Source of the DNA: Methanocellaceae archaeon UBA148
Lineage (GTDB): Archaea > Halobacteriota > UBA148
Assembly: GCA_002495885.1 (NCBI GenBank)
Contig: DAHG01000025.1
Coordinates: 84,353 to 148,352, forward strand
Length of the DNA stretch: 64,000 nucleotides
Reading direction: 5' to 3'
Shown here: piece by piece, positions 43,042 through 53,671 of the stretch
Position numbering within the stretch: position 1 is the stretch's first letter
Layout: the number at the start of each line of letters is the position of its first letter
Position numbers and translations under genes: made by a program
The notes under the pieces: model-generated
Told to the model about the DNA's origin: nothing
Database searches by the model: none
What the model saw: the letters and a program-made list of their open reading frames with translations, nothing else

Positions 43042-44104
43042 GCGTCTCCATGAGCCTCACAAATTTATCGAAAAGATACTTGCTGTCAAAACCCGCTTCC
43101 GGATGATATTGTATTCCCATTATCGGCAATTCTGCATGTGAAATTCCTTCCACAGTACCATCATTGGCGTTTACCTGCGTCACCTCAAGCTTGCCCTCAA
43201 GCGAAGAGGCGTCAAGGACGTATCCGTGGTTCTGAGACGTGATGTATATCCTGCCGGACCCGAGGTCTCTGACAGGTTGATTTCCCCTATGCCCAAAACC
43301 CATCTTGACGATTTTTGCTCCGGACGCAAGGGCAACGATCTGGCATCCAATCCCTATGCCAAAAATGGGTATTTCATTCAGGACCTCCCGAGTGGTCCCG
43401 ATAACATGGCTAAGAATAGAGGGGTCACCCGGACCGCCTGAGATTATCAATGCATCCGGATCATCTTCCATAATTTCCTTCTTACCAGAAGAAGGAGGTT
43501 TCAACCTGACGTTTATTTTCCTTTGATTCAGCTCCTTCAACAGGCTTTTTCTGGTGCCACAATCCAAAATTGAAACGGTACGTTTACCCCCCGCACCAAA
43601 ATATTTTGATCTGTGAGCCGAAACCCGAGAGACCAGGTCTGTCTTGCCTGGATCGCGTGCTCTCTCGATGAGCTCACTTATGTTTGGCTCATCTTTGTAG
43701 ACAGAGAGAACCGCCGACATCGTGTTATCCTTTATTAGCTTCCTGGTTAGCTGCCTGGTGTCAACTCCCTCTATTCCCGGGGTTCCACTTTCCTCAAACC
43801 ATTTTGCAAGTGTCTTATCAGATTGCCAGTGACTCGGCTCCTTGCAAGCCTCTTTTAAGATCACACCTTCTGCTTGAATGGTTCCGGATTCAAAATCAGG
43901 CGGCACAGCATAATTCCCAACAGATGGGAAGGTGAAAACAACTATCAGCCCTTTGTTTGAGGGATCGGTCAGGATTTCGGTATATCCTGTCATGCTCGTG
44001 TTGAACACGACCTCTCCAACCACTTCTCCAACGCAGCCGAATCCTTTTCCCCTGATGACCGTTCCGTCCTCGATAACCAGTAATGCCCCTAACATGCCAG
44101 GCAT
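43034..44104 (-). CDS. carA: Carbamoyl-phosphate synthase small (glutamine amidotransferase) subunit
   Basis: 356 aa. Class I GATase catalytic triad context (GICLGHQ-like GIGIGCQ, HPE). Confidence 0.9.
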   Translation of the reverse strand: MPGMLGALLVIEDGTVIRGKGFGCVGEVVGEVVFNTSMTGYTEILTDPSNKGLIVVFTFPSVGNYAVPPDFESGTIQAEGVILKEACKEPSHWQSDKTLAKWFEESGTPGIEGVDTRQLTRKLIKDNTMSAVLSVYKDEPNISELIERARDPGKTDLVSRVSAHRSKYFGAGGKRTVSILDCGTRKSLLKELNQRKINVRLKPPSSGKKEIMEDDPDALIISGGPGDPSILSHVIGTTREVLNEIPIFGIGIGCQIVALASGAKIVKMGFGHRGNQPVRDLGSGRIYITSQNHGYVLDASSLEGKLEVTQVNANDGTVEGISHAELPIMGIQYHPEAGFDSKYLFDKFVRLMETHA

Positions 44105-44185
44105 TATAAAGAGTTCTGATTATTAATGTTTGTCGTAGGGTAACAATTTTCAAAAAAAAAAAATGACCTGAATTGTAGTCTTGTC

Positions 44186-46883
44186 ATTTCAATCCCACTA
44201 TGGTCTGATTTTAACCCAGTTCTATCTCCCTGAAAAGCTGCTCGAACTTCTCATTTCAATCCCACTATGGTCTGATTTTAACCCCTTATAGCCGTGTCCC
44301 TTACTCCGAGACCTTCCTGATTTCAATCCCACTATGGTCTGATTTTAACTTTTTTACAGTCATTTCTCTTTTCCCTCCTTATTTCATTTCAATCCCACTA
44401 TGGTCTGATTTTAACAATAATAGAATTGAACGGTAGATTCGGGAAAAAACTATTTCAATCCCACTATGGTCTGATTTTAACTTGCGAATGAACTGGAAAT
44501 CTTCAAGTGTTTCGCATAATTTCAATCCCACTATGGTCTGATTTTAACCTGCATAGGCAAGAACGACTATGCCGACCATAACCCATTTCAATCCCACTAT
44601 GGTCTGATTTTAACCCGACTCAGTCCATCCCCCTTCGTGGTGGGGTTGGCATTTCAATCCCACTATGGTCTGATTTTAACACAAAAAGAAAACTGCCACA
44701 TTTCCACTTGAAGGTCGTATTTCAATCCCACTATGGTCTGATTTTAACGTTTGCGTCAGTTTGACTCAGCACAACGACAAGCTTATTTCAATCCCACTAT
44801 GGTCTGATTTTAACCTCAGGAACGGCACGACTGAAGTGTTTACAATAGGGAATTTCAATCCCACTATGGTCTGATTTTAACACGGATGGTTCGGCGTCTA
44901 TTCGGAACACGGAAACCATTTCAATCCCACTATGGTCTGATTTTAACCATTTTTTCAATCACCTTCCAAAACCCTCATAAATAATTTCAATCCCACTATG
45001 GTCTGATTTTAACGGCAAGGCTATCTGGAATGTCTGCAAGAACAGATCCCATTTCAATCCCACTATGGTCTGATTTTAACTCGCCACCCCCTCCAACAAG
45101 TCTATCTTTGTCATCGCATTTCAATCCCACTATGGTCTGATTTTAACATGCTCAGAATTGACCCACGAAGCTAGCTGTTCGGATTTCAATCCCACTATGG
45201 TCTGATTTTAACCTTCAGCCCCTGCGTGATGAGTCTCATGTAGCTGTAATTTCAATCCCACTATGGTCTGATTTTAACGGTCGATAATACGTATACCGCC
45301 GTAGTGACTTATAATTTCAATCCCACTATGGTCTGATTTTAACGTGATCCAGGGGATCACAGCGACCAATTCCCGCGCTACGTCATTTCAATCCCACTAT
45401 GGTCTGATTTTAACCGCCGCTAGACGAGATTTTGCCACGCCCATTACACACATTTCAATCCCACTATGGTCTGATTTTAACTCTGTAATGTATTGATGCC
45501 AGTGCAACTTTTGAGTACATTTCAATCCCACTATGGTCTGATTTTAACACTCTCAGACAAGAATAGAGCTTACTACATCGCTCATTTCAATCCCACTATG
45601 GTCTGATTTTAACCGGGGTGGTCTCGGCCGGGCGGGATACGGCGCAGTAATTTCAATCCCACTATGGTCTGATTTTAACGATGCCTTTGAGGTTTTCAAG
45701 AGCAACAGCTCTACCATTTCAATCCCACTATGGTCTGATTTTAACATTCGTGAAGTCCGTATAATTGAAGTCGGTGTAATTCATTTCAATCCCACTATGG
45801 TCTGATTTTAACTGCGTTTGTGATGGTTATGTTCACCCACGTTGTGGAGTATTTCAATCCCACTATGGTCTGATTTTAACCACCTTGCGAAAAAGATAAA
45901 TCTTCAGAATATGTCATTTCAATCCCACTATGGTCTGATTTTAACACTTTTCAGGGATTATATTTCCTAGTTCACACGCGGACTTATTTCAATCCCACTA
46001 TGGTCTGATTTTAACTATTGTTTTATATATAGCATACCTTTTAGGGGGTTATTATTTCAATCCCACTATGGTCTGATTTTAACGATGAGAACATCATCGA
46101 GCAGATAATCGAGGCTATCATTTCAATCCCACTATGGTCTGATTTTAACGACAACATGAGGAACGTCATATATTCCTACGTTCTCATTTCAATCCCACTA
46201 TGGTCTGATTTTAACTGAGCTTATGGGGCGACATCGGGGACTATAAGTTTTATTTCAATCCCACTATGGTCTGATTTTAACAATGTTCAAAAAATCCGAT
46301 TTGGCTTGGGTGCTGTAATTTCAATCCCACTATGGTCTGATTTTAACTTCTCGATATGCAACCGGTATTTTATCCTGTTATGAATTTCAATCCCACTATG
46401 GTCTGATTTTAACAAGAAGGACTAACAAAGGCTTTTTTAGTTCTTGCGGATTTCAATCCCACTATGGTCTGATTTTAACACGCCTATATGCTGTCTTGTT
46501 CGGGGGTTGGGGAATACATTTCAATCCCACTATGGTCTGATTTTAACTTGATGATATTCGTAACTACGGTGCCTGACATAAACATTTCAATCCCACTATG
46601 GTCTGATTTTAACAATCTCAGACCCCCCCCTAATCTCAGACCCCCCTGAAACCCATTTCAATCCCACTATGGTCTGATTTTAACAGGACGTTAAAAAGTT
46701 CTTTTGCGCGGTTTGCATCAATTTCAATCCCACTATGGTCTGATTTTAACGCGATGGAAACTCAGAGGAACATAAGCGGTTTTTAAGATTTCAATCCCAC
46801 TATGGTCTGATTTTAACCACCGTCTCCCATACCTACAACATATCCTGATATTCATTTCAATCCCACTATGGTCTGATTTTAAC
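44186..46883 (-). CRISPR. CRISPR array of 41 repeats (ATTTCAATCCCACTATGGTCTGATTTTAAC, 30 bp) and 40 spacers of 35-40 bp. It is probably transcribed from the minus strand, with the leader at the 46.9 kb end.
   Basis: Repeats counted directly. All 41 appear identical by eye. The reverse complement ends in ATTGAAAT, the typical 8-nt crRNA handle of type I/III repeats. The cas genes lie on the minus strand immediately beyond 46.9 kb. Confidence 0.95.
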
Positions 46884-47020
46884 CCTGCCGTTATGCCCGA
46901 TTAAATGTGGCCAATAAGCTCAAGATAGATGTAAATTCGTTCAATTATTTAAGGTATTGCCAATATCTTTCGTGGTTCTTTATAAATGGGGTACAAAATG
47001 AGAGATCCCCGAAAACGCTT
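46884..47020 (-). promoter_or_regulatory. CRISPR leader with AT-rich TATA-like boxes (TTTATAAA at about 46977-46984, TTAAATAATT at about 46940-46950)
   Basis: AT-rich 137-bp spacer between the cas2 stop and the first repeat on the transcribed side. Confidence 0.35.
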
Positions 47021-47284
47021 TCATATGATTTCGGATATTTCTACCTTACTCGTTCCTAACTCAATGGTCCGCAGAAATTTATCGCCCCTCAAAATGTAAA
47101 TTCTCACCGAATCCTCGGCCACATCGATCAAATCTTTAACTCTGTCCTCTACTATCTTCAATTCCACCTTTGTCAGCTCTCCCTCAAAAACAGAATTCTG
47201 GACCCAGTTTAGGTATTGCTTCAAAAATATCCTGACCTTATTCACCCGATCCACGTTCACGTCATACACGACAATGACGTACAT
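47021..47284 (-). CDS. cas2: CRISPR-associated endoribonuclease Cas2
   Basis: 87 aa. MYVIVVYDV... Cas2 N-terminus. Confidence 0.85.
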   Translation of the reverse strand: MYVIVVYDVNVDRVNKVRIFLKQYLNWVQNSVFEGELTKVELKIVEDRVKDLIDVAEDSVRIYILRGDKFLRTIELGTSKVEISEII

Positions 47285-47285
47285 C

Positions 47286-48275
47286 TTACCACCACATCAC
47301 GAGAGGTTTGTACTTATGCGTCCCCAATACATGCTTTACCAACTTGTATAGCTCCAACCGGATGAGGCGTTGGTAGGACACCTCTCTGCCGAGACTTTTG
47401 TGTTTAATGGTCGTCGATAACCTGTCGTGATAATTTTGGAGAAAGAGTTTTCTGCCGGTATCAGACAGAAGCATATCGCCCAGCTCGCCCACGAAGTGCG
47501 AGTCGTCAAGCATCTTCTTGTTGACGAGTTTGAAGATGACCCTGTCAACGATGATCGGCTTGAAGATTTCTGCAACATCTAACGCCAGTGAGAACCTTCT
47601 CTCGAAAGGCTCATGAAGGTATGATATCGTGGGATTCAGTTGAGTGTTATAGATTTCCGTGAGCACCGTCGCATACATCAGGGAATTGCCAAAAGATATG
47701 AGGGTGTTCGTCTTATTGTTCGGCGGCCGTTTGACCCGCTCGCCCATCCTAAATTCCTCAGGGAATATCTTGTCGAGGGCACCATAATACGTGTCGCGTA
47801 TGTGTCCTTCGACGCCCATGAGTTCTGGAATGCTGTTGTATTCTTCGATTTTTGGGAGTTCGCGTTCAATTCTCCCGATATGGGTCTCAATCGATGAATT
47901 TGAGCTGCAATAATACCTGAGATTTTTCAGGATGTTCTGTGCAGCACCCTCAACGAATCTTTTGGCGAGATAGGTTCGTTTATCGGCATCAAGGTGGTGC
48001 TCTGCCTGATGAATGGTAACGTCACCTGCTACCAAGGTTTCCCTCGGGTACAAACTCCCTTCATAGAAGCCATAATTGTTGAAGAAGTGAATCGGCACGC
48101 CTTGTCGCGATAGGTAGGATACCACGCCGGATGTGAAGGATAGGTTGCCATAGGCGTATATCGCATAGATCTTGCTTATGGGCAGGGCACGCTTCTCCTC
48201 CTTGTTGATGAAATATACGGTGTTCTCTTTTCTTCTTAGAACGCCGTCCTTTGTGATGTAGTAATTGGTTTTCAT
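47286..48275 (-). CDS. cas1: CRISPR-associated integrase Cas1
   Basis: 329 aa Cas1 family. Overlaps cas4 by 4 nt. Confidence 0.9.
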   Translation of the reverse strand: MKTNYYITKDGVLRRKENTVYFINKEEKRALPISKIYAIYAYGNLSFTSGVVSYLSRQGVPIHFFNNYGFYEGSLYPRETLVAGDVTIHQAEHHLDADKRTYLAKRFVEGAAQNILKNLRYYCSSNSSIETHIGRIERELPKIEEYNSIPELMGVEGHIRDTYYGALDKIFPEEFRMGERVKRPPNNKTNTLISFGNSLMYATVLTEIYNTQLNPTISYLHEPFERRFSLALDVAEIFKPIIVDRVIFKLVNKKMLDDSHFVGELGDMLLSDTGRKLFLQNYHDRLSTTIKHKSLGREVSYQRLIRLELYKLVKHVLGTHKYKPLVMWW

Positions 48276-48793
48276 TCTCCACCAAAACAGAACTCAACAT
48301 AGCTGCACCTGTTGCACAATTTACGCTTAGATGGCAGGGGCATCTCTCCCGAAACGATTTCGATGATACTGTTCATTATCTGCTCGATAGCTTTAAAGTC
48401 CTCTTCCGTAGGTTCAACGAGCTCCTTTTTATTCAACAATGGGTAGTTCAATACCCCTCTCGCTTTGACACCACTTTGATGCAGATAATACAAATAATAG
48501 GTAAGCTGCCACCTGTGTGCCCCCTCCATTTTCTTAGATTTTTTGATGTCGTGCACCTCTACAACATCGCCCTTTTTCACGAAATCGATGGACATAACGT
48601 TATCGATTATGATGTCCTTCTTCCTCCTCTGATATCTTGATTCGTGTATGAGCTTGCCCATGAGAACGTCTTCTGACTCGCGTTCCATCTGGATGTTATG
48701 GGAGAAAAGCCAGAGCTTCGTATGACAGATGAAATAGTATGCTACTTTCACGCCCGTGATGGTCATGGGCTTGATGTGAGATTGCAACTTCAT
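48272..48793 (-). CDS. cas4: CRISPR-associated exonuclease Cas4 (RecB-like nuclease with an Fe-S cluster)
   Basis: 173 aa. One N-terminal Cys plus C-terminal [10 protein letters not shown]. Confidence 0.8.
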   Translation of the reverse strand: MKLQSHIKPMTITGVKVAYYFICHTKLWLFSHNIQMERESEDVLMGKLIHESRYQRRKKDIIIDNVMSIDFVKKGDVVEVHDIKKSKKMEGAHRWQLTYYLYYLHQSGVKARGVLNYPLLNKKELVEPTEEDFKAIEQIMNSIIEIVSGEMPLPSKRKLCNRCSYVEFCFGGE

Positions 48794-49710
48794 CGCCCTT
48801 TCTTAGGAATATGTTTCTTTAGTGCCCTGCGAGTGGCATGCCACACGCCATTGATTTTCACGGCATCAAGCACCCCTCGTCTTGCCAACAGGCTCAAATA
48901 TTCTTGACCATATGGCGAACCCTTTGCGAGTTCCCTAAGTGGCAGTAGCTCATCATCACCGCCCAGTAATGAAAAGTACAGGTTCAGCGACTCTGCTACT
49001 GACTTTGCGACAAAGTTGATGAATGCTGTGGTATCGCCTAGATCCGCCTTTCGTAGCGTTTCATAATACTTTTTCCTGTCCTCCTTTCTCAACACAACGG
49101 GTAGATAACCATACTGCATCAGATGCAAATTTGTGATAAGTCTCGCAACTCGCCCATTGCCGTCGACAAATGGATGAACGGCCACGATGCCATGATGGAG
49201 CAATGCTGCTGTAGTAACTGGATCATGCGTTGACTTTTTTATGTCCTCCAAGAGTTCTCCCATCAGTTTAGGAACTTTCATATAGCTTGGAGGCGTTTTG
49301 GCTGCACCAGTAATGCGAACGTTGGTGGTGCGGTACTTTCCGGCATCCTCTAAAATACCTTTGGACACCATTCCATGAACTTCTTGAACGACTTCATTTG
49401 TGAGGGGCTTTCTGCTCTCTGTGAGCCTCTCGATGTAGTCATAGGCCTCTGCCGTATTCGTCATCTCTAAATGTTCCTTGAGACTTTTGCCCCCGATCGT
49501 AATGCCCTCCTCCAAAATGAGCTTGGTTTCACTGAGCGTTAGGGTGTTTCCTTCTATGGCATTGGAGTGATAGGTGTGAAGCAACCGTAGCTCTTCTCGT
49601 AGCTTTTTCACTGAATCCGTTGGCAGAGGTCGCATCTCGTCCAAATGCGTCTTTTTCTCTCGTATCCTGTCAAAAATGTCCCTTCTTATAGTATCACCCA
49701 TATACTTCAC
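48790..49710 (-). CDS. fic: Fic/Doc family protein (class II Fic, AMPylation-type active site) encoded inside the cas operon
   Basis: 306 aa. Canonical HPFVDGNGRVARL Fic motif, an N-terminal SNAIEG auto-inhibitory motif ((S/T)xxxE(G/N)), and a C-terminal winged-helix-like tail. Its stop overlaps the cas4 start (ATGA). Confidence 0.8.
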   Translation of the reverse strand: MKYMGDTIRRDIFDRIREKKTHLDEMRPLPTDSVKKLREELRLLHTYHSNAIEGNTLTLSETKLILEEGITIGGKSLKEHLEMTNTAEAYDYIERLTESRKPLTNEVVQEVHGMVSKGILEDAGKYRTTNVRITGAAKTPPSYMKVPKLMGELLEDIKKSTHDPVTTAALLHHGIVAVHPFVDGNGRVARLITNLHLMQYGYLPVVLRKEDRKKYYETLRKADLGDTTAFINFVAKSVAESLNLYFSLLGGDDELLPLRELAKGSPYGQEYLSLLARRGVLDAVKINGVWHATRRALKKHIPKKGR

Positions 49711-49848
49711 TCCTGCATCTAAATATCGGTATCAGATAAATTTTCAATTAGCCGATATGAACAATGTAGTGTAGATAGTATAAATCAATATCGGTATCAG
49801 GACTAAAAACGGAGAGCCGATATTTTGGGGGGTATGGTAAGAGAGGAG
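49711..49848. promoter_or_regulatory. Operator-like repeats upstream of fic: two AATATCGGTATCAG direct repeats (49722-49735 and 49787-49800) plus inverted CCGATAT(T) half-sites (49752-49758 and 49817-49824)
   Basis: Read directly from the sequence. They lie between the vapC start and the fic start, alongside TATA-like AT boxes. Confidence 0.4.
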
Positions 49849-50286
49849 TCAAATATCCAAGGGTAAAACAATATGCATCACTTGCCCGCACATTGAGATT
49901 TTATTAAGAGTTAACAGCGATTTGTCGAATGTCACCATCTTTCCGATGCCGTTTGATAGGAAGTTTGCCAGTATCAGGGAGTCCCTGCCACCTAGAGCGT
50001 ATTCCCTACCAATGGAAAGACCGACCTTCGTGATTTCTTTTGTCTGATTCAAGAACAGAGTCGTGTCAATGTAATCGATCAAAACGTCTATTGCCTGATT
50101 TCCGTCCCACTTTTGTGCGTACACAAGGGTATGATAGGCTTCATGGATAATGGTCGGGTTGGTCGCAGCGTTTGCGTCGGCCAATCGCTCCGTATCCTTG
50201 TGGTCAGGATGCCAGGCATCCAAGAAAGACACCAAAACGTTTGTGTCTATCCCCAGATGCCCTTTATCTCCTCTGGCGTCGTCCAT
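49849..50286 (-). CDS. vapC: PIN-domain toxin VapC. The start may lie downstream of the listed Met, since the ORF overlaps vapB by 40 nt.
   Basis: 145 aa. GIDTNVLV N-terminal PIN motif plus conserved acidic residues. Confidence 0.7.
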   Translation of the reverse strand: MDDARGDKGHLGIDTNVLVSFLDAWHPDHKDTERLADANAATNPTIIHEAYHTLVYAQKWDGNQAIDVLIDYIDTTLFLNQTKEITKVGLSIGREYALGGRDSLILANFLSNGIGKMVTFDKSLLTLNKISMCGQVMHIVLPLDI

Positions 50287-50489
50287 CTCGGCTCCCCGGT
50301 CCTTTTCGGATTGATCCCCTTCAGCTCTCCCAAGCCGGCTCTTCTCTTCCGCGAGGGCTTAAGAATCAAATCCCCGTCCTTACTCTCAAAGGATATCACC
50401 ATGCCTTCCTTGATTCCGCACTGCTTCCTGAGAGGCGCCGGGATCAGTATCCTGCCCTTGTCATCCACAACTGCTTCTGCCATGATCAT
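50247..50489 (-). CDS. vapB: AbrB/SpoVT (MazE-like) antitoxin VapB
   Basis: 80 aa. DDKGRILIPAPLRKQCGIKEGMVISFE swapped-hairpin motif. Confidence 0.65.
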   Translation of the reverse strand: MIMAEAVVDDKGRILIPAPLRKQCGIKEGMVISFESKDGDLILKPSRKRRAGLGELKGINPKRTGEPRWTTPEEIKGIWG

Positions 50490-50687
50490 CCCTATTCAAT
50501 GTAATGCGCCTATTTAAGTATTCCCACATGATGGTGGGAAGAAGTGTGGATATGGAAAATTTGGCGACTAAGAGAGTGCAAGTTGTTTTTATAATTCACG
50601 GAGATACTTCATAAACAGTCCAATTTTTCCCTTCTCGTGAATGGAGAATAGGAATGAGACAATTTTTTATGAAAACACCTTACTTTA

Positions 50688-52967
50688 TCATATGATTGCC
50701 TCATCTATCCCTCTCCCTTTTGGAAAGATTACACCAATCTTATCATCATATTCAACATTTGCTATTACTAAGTCGTCTCGGAAGTCAAAAACATTCACAG
50801 AGTTTTTAAACAAAGGAACCCTTACAGAATATCGAACACGTTTAATTTTCTTATCTAATTTTTTAATTTCTTCTTCAAACGGTTTGGGAATTGCGTCAAT
50901 AGTAAAATACTTTGAAGTCCGCGTAGTAAGTCTTTGCATGGCTTTTTCTTTGGCAGAGAGCGTATATACGTAAGATAGGTTATCTTGCACATAGTCTATC
51001 AACTCTCTAACATTTCCTAGCTCTTTTCCAAAATCGGTATCCGCATATACCTCATTTACAACCTGGAGCAGTTCTTTCTCAGTAGGCTCATCTCCTTTGT
51101 TTTGGAGTGAATTATAACTATTTTCTATTGTATCTTTTGGATATACGAAGTAAGAACTTTGGGTGGGCTTGTAAATATAAACTTTCGCCCTCTCTTTTTG
51201 CCCTCTTCGATTCACCCTCCCCAAACGCTGAACAAGTGCATCTATAGGGCACATTTCTGTACACAATAAATCAAAATCGATATCAAGACTTACCTCAACT
51301 ACTTGAGTTGTTACTGCAACAAACCCCCCCATAGGCAAGTTTTCTAGTTGATTCTCTCTCATCATTCGATGATAAAGAATAAATTGAGAGTGGAAAAGCA
51401 TAAGATCAAATAAGGGGATCCTTTCTTGGAGAGAATTATACACTTCTTTAGCAGTTCTTATCGTATTACAGATCACTAATACCTTTTTACCCTCTCTGTA
51501 GTTTTTTATGATATCATCTTTTGCATTATATATTTCTTCTTTATTTCTCCACTCAATTCCCACACGACATAAATCATCAAAAGAACTATCATGGGGGATC
51601 TCCCCTAAACTTAATTCATCTTTTAGAAACTTTTTAAGTCCCTCAGGAAATGTGGCACTCATGAATAAAGGTATTGCACCTAAAGATTGTAAAAACCTCG
51701 TCATCTCCACAATAAGAGCAACTGTATACGGTTCGTAACAATGGATCTCATCAAAAATCAAAACAGAATTGGTAGCATTTGAAAGCCTTGAATCCCATCT
51801 CCCCCAATTAAAAAGAGTGAAAAGCAATTGATCCACCGTAAGTATCGTAGATTTATGAACAAAAGCTCTACTAAAAAGAGAATTCCATATAAATTCCCAT
51901 GAGTCTTGATAATCTATCTCTGAGAATAAAAGGTAATCTGAGGTCCCATGAACTATGCCGATGTCGTCACCAAGAACGAGGGGGTGTTTAAGTCTTTCAT
52001 ACATCTTATTAGTGGTGGTCATCGTAGGCATCAAATAAAGCAGTTTTTTCCCCACCCCATTGCCCATTGCCCAAAGGAGAGACGCTTCTGTTTTGCCTTT
52101 ACCAGTTGGTGCTTGTAATATCGCTCCTCCCCTATAGTTTCTGCAATCTTTTTGGAATTTGTACCAATCAAATGTTTCTTTTCCAATTCTCTCAAGAATG
52201 GCCATTTTTAGATTCTCTTCTTTTATAGAAGGAGAATACTGAAATGAGAAGATACGTTCGGAGGCATACCAATCGCAGTAATGCAGAATATTTTTTAGAT
52301 TGGCAAAAAGGACTCGGATTTTTTTAGCCTCTTGTTTTCCTAATGCACGAATAAAATCATCTGCAAGTGCATAAGTATTAAATATCTCTGCATAAGTTTT
52401 TGGGTAAATAAAAGACTTCTTTAGAGGTTTTTCAAAGTATTCTTCGAATTTTGGCTGAATAATTTCCTTAGATATTTTCTCAATAACCTCTAAGATAGCC
52501 TGAGGCGATTCATTATTGTTCTCATAATTCTGAAACTTCCCTTTTCTAAATGGTGAATGGTGGTTAGCTACTATTAAGCCTTCTATTGGAATAGATTTTG
52601 TTATCCCACTCCGTACCCCTTCTACCCATATATAATCTGAACAAAATTGCTTAGTGAACCAGAAAGATAAAAAAGCATGACTTACCTTTTTGCTTTTCTT
52701 CAGAATGTAATTCTGAAAAGGTATTGAAGCTTTTCCAATATCATGCAGAGCAACACAAAAAAATGCACTTTTCCAAAATTGTTCTTCTGAGAGCAAATAT
52801 TTATTGCAGATGTTTTTTATACTATCTTTTTTAAATTCTCTTATAGTCTTAAATAGTCTAAGTGAATCCTCAATATGTTGGAATAAAGGAATGTTCGGAT
52901 CTTTCTTAGCTAGAACTTTTTCATAAGAATACCACATTTCTGCCATCTTCTGGGTCATAATAAGCAT
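50688..52967 (-). CDS. cas3: CRISPR-associated Cas3 (fused HD nuclease and DEAD/DEAH helicase)
   Basis: 759 aa. N-terminal HD (ALHDIGK), Walker A (APTGKGKTEA), DExH (LIFDEIHCYEP). The start overlaps cas5, so the exact start is uncertain. Confidence 0.85.
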   Translation of the reverse strand: MLIMTQKMAEMWYSYEKVLAKKDPNIPLFQHIEDSLRLFKTIREFKKDSIKNICNKYLLSEEQFWKSAFFCVALHDIGKASIPFQNYILKKSKKVSHAFLSFWFTKQFCSDYIWVEGVRSGITKSIPIEGLIVANHHSPFRKGKFQNYENNNESPQAILEVIEKISKEIIQPKFEEYFEKPLKKSFIYPKTYAEIFNTYALADDFIRALGKQEAKKIRVLFANLKNILHYCDWYASERIFSFQYSPSIKEENLKMAILERIGKETFDWYKFQKDCRNYRGGAILQAPTGKGKTEASLLWAMGNGVGKKLLYLMPTMTTTNKMYERLKHPLVLGDDIGIVHGTSDYLLFSEIDYQDSWEFIWNSLFSRAFVHKSTILTVDQLLFTLFNWGRWDSRLSNATNSVLIFDEIHCYEPYTVALIVEMTRFLQSLGAIPLFMSATFPEGLKKFLKDELSLGEIPHDSSFDDLCRVGIEWRNKEEIYNAKDDIIKNYREGKKVLVICNTIRTAKEVYNSLQERIPLFDLMLFHSQFILYHRMMRENQLENLPMGGFVAVTTQVVEVSLDIDFDLLCTEMCPIDALVQRLGRVNRRGQKERAKVYIYKPTQSSYFVYPKDTIENSYNSLQNKGDEPTEKELLQVVNEVYADTDFGKELGNVRELIDYVQDNLSYVYTLSAKEKAMQRLTTRTSKYFTIDAIPKPFEEEIKKLDKKIKRVRYSVRVPLFKNSVNVFDFRDDLVIANVEYDDKIGVIFPKGRGIDEAII

Positions 52968-53655
52968 CTTTTATTGGTTCTTCTATTATAATTTTATACC
53001 CTGTAAGAAAGGTAAATTCCTCCACATCTTTTGGCTCTCGCGTTTTATCGATGATTTCAAATCTATGAGGCAATTTTTGAGTTAAATGGGGTTTTAAAGT
53101 TCCTTCTAAAACCGTTTTACTATCGACTTTAGCAATGTTAAATGGGAGTAAAATACCATAGAGCATTATAGGCGATTTAGGATCCGTGAGTGATACTATG
53201 TTTACAGATTTTACCCTAACCAATTCATCATCCCTACCTAAAGAAAGAGGAAATATAGGTGTCTCGACCTTATTTTTTATGTAATTGAGTAGGCTATTAC
53301 TTTCTGCTCGAACGTATATAAAGTATCTAGCGCGAAATAATTGTTCTCGAACAATAGGCGTAGATACTATTCTTTTATGTGCTGGAACATTTTTTATTGT
53401 AGTCCAAGTCTCTTTGATTCGTCCTTCTATATCATCTATAAGAACTGCTACATTGATTCTGTTGAAAAGAGGTTCGGAGTTATCCACCCATTGCCAGCGA
53501 TGATATATCTCTTCCTCTTTCAGTCCCAAAGCAGACCCGATAAATCCAAATAAAGTCGTCTTTGGCGGGAGTTCATAAGTGCGATGATATCGTTGGTCTT
53601 TTTGCCATTTAAATGACGTGAAGGCACTAATCGTCTTAATTTTTATAGCATCCAT
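52921..53655 (-). CDS. cas5: CRISPR-associated Cas5 (type I-B like)
   Basis: 244 aa. Gly-rich LFGFIGSALG segment of a RAMP. Confidence 0.75.
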   Translation of the reverse strand: MDAIKIKTISAFTSFKWQKDQRYHRTYELPPKTTLFGFIGSALGLKEEEIYHRWQWVDNSEPLFNRINVAVLIDDIEGRIKETWTTIKNVPAHKRIVSTPIVREQLFRARYFIYVRAESNSLLNYIKNKVETPIFPLSLGRDDELVRVKSVNIVSLTDPKSPIMLYGILLPFNIAKVDSKTVLEGTLKPHLTQKLPHRFEIIDKTREPKDVEEFTFLTGYKIIIEEPIKDAYYDPEDGRNVVFL

Positions 53656-53671
53656 CTTGCCCAGTTCCTTT

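Noticed and set aside
44148-44162. A13 homopolymer between carA and the CRISPR array
   Set aside because: It could act as a terminator for minus-strand array transcription, since it reads as a T-run on that strand. Homopolymers are common in intergenic DNA, and I have no further support.
45553-45747. 64-aa ORF with a repeated KSDHSGIEM peptide
   Set aside because: It is a translation of the CRISPR repeats. The periodic peptide reflects the repeat unit.
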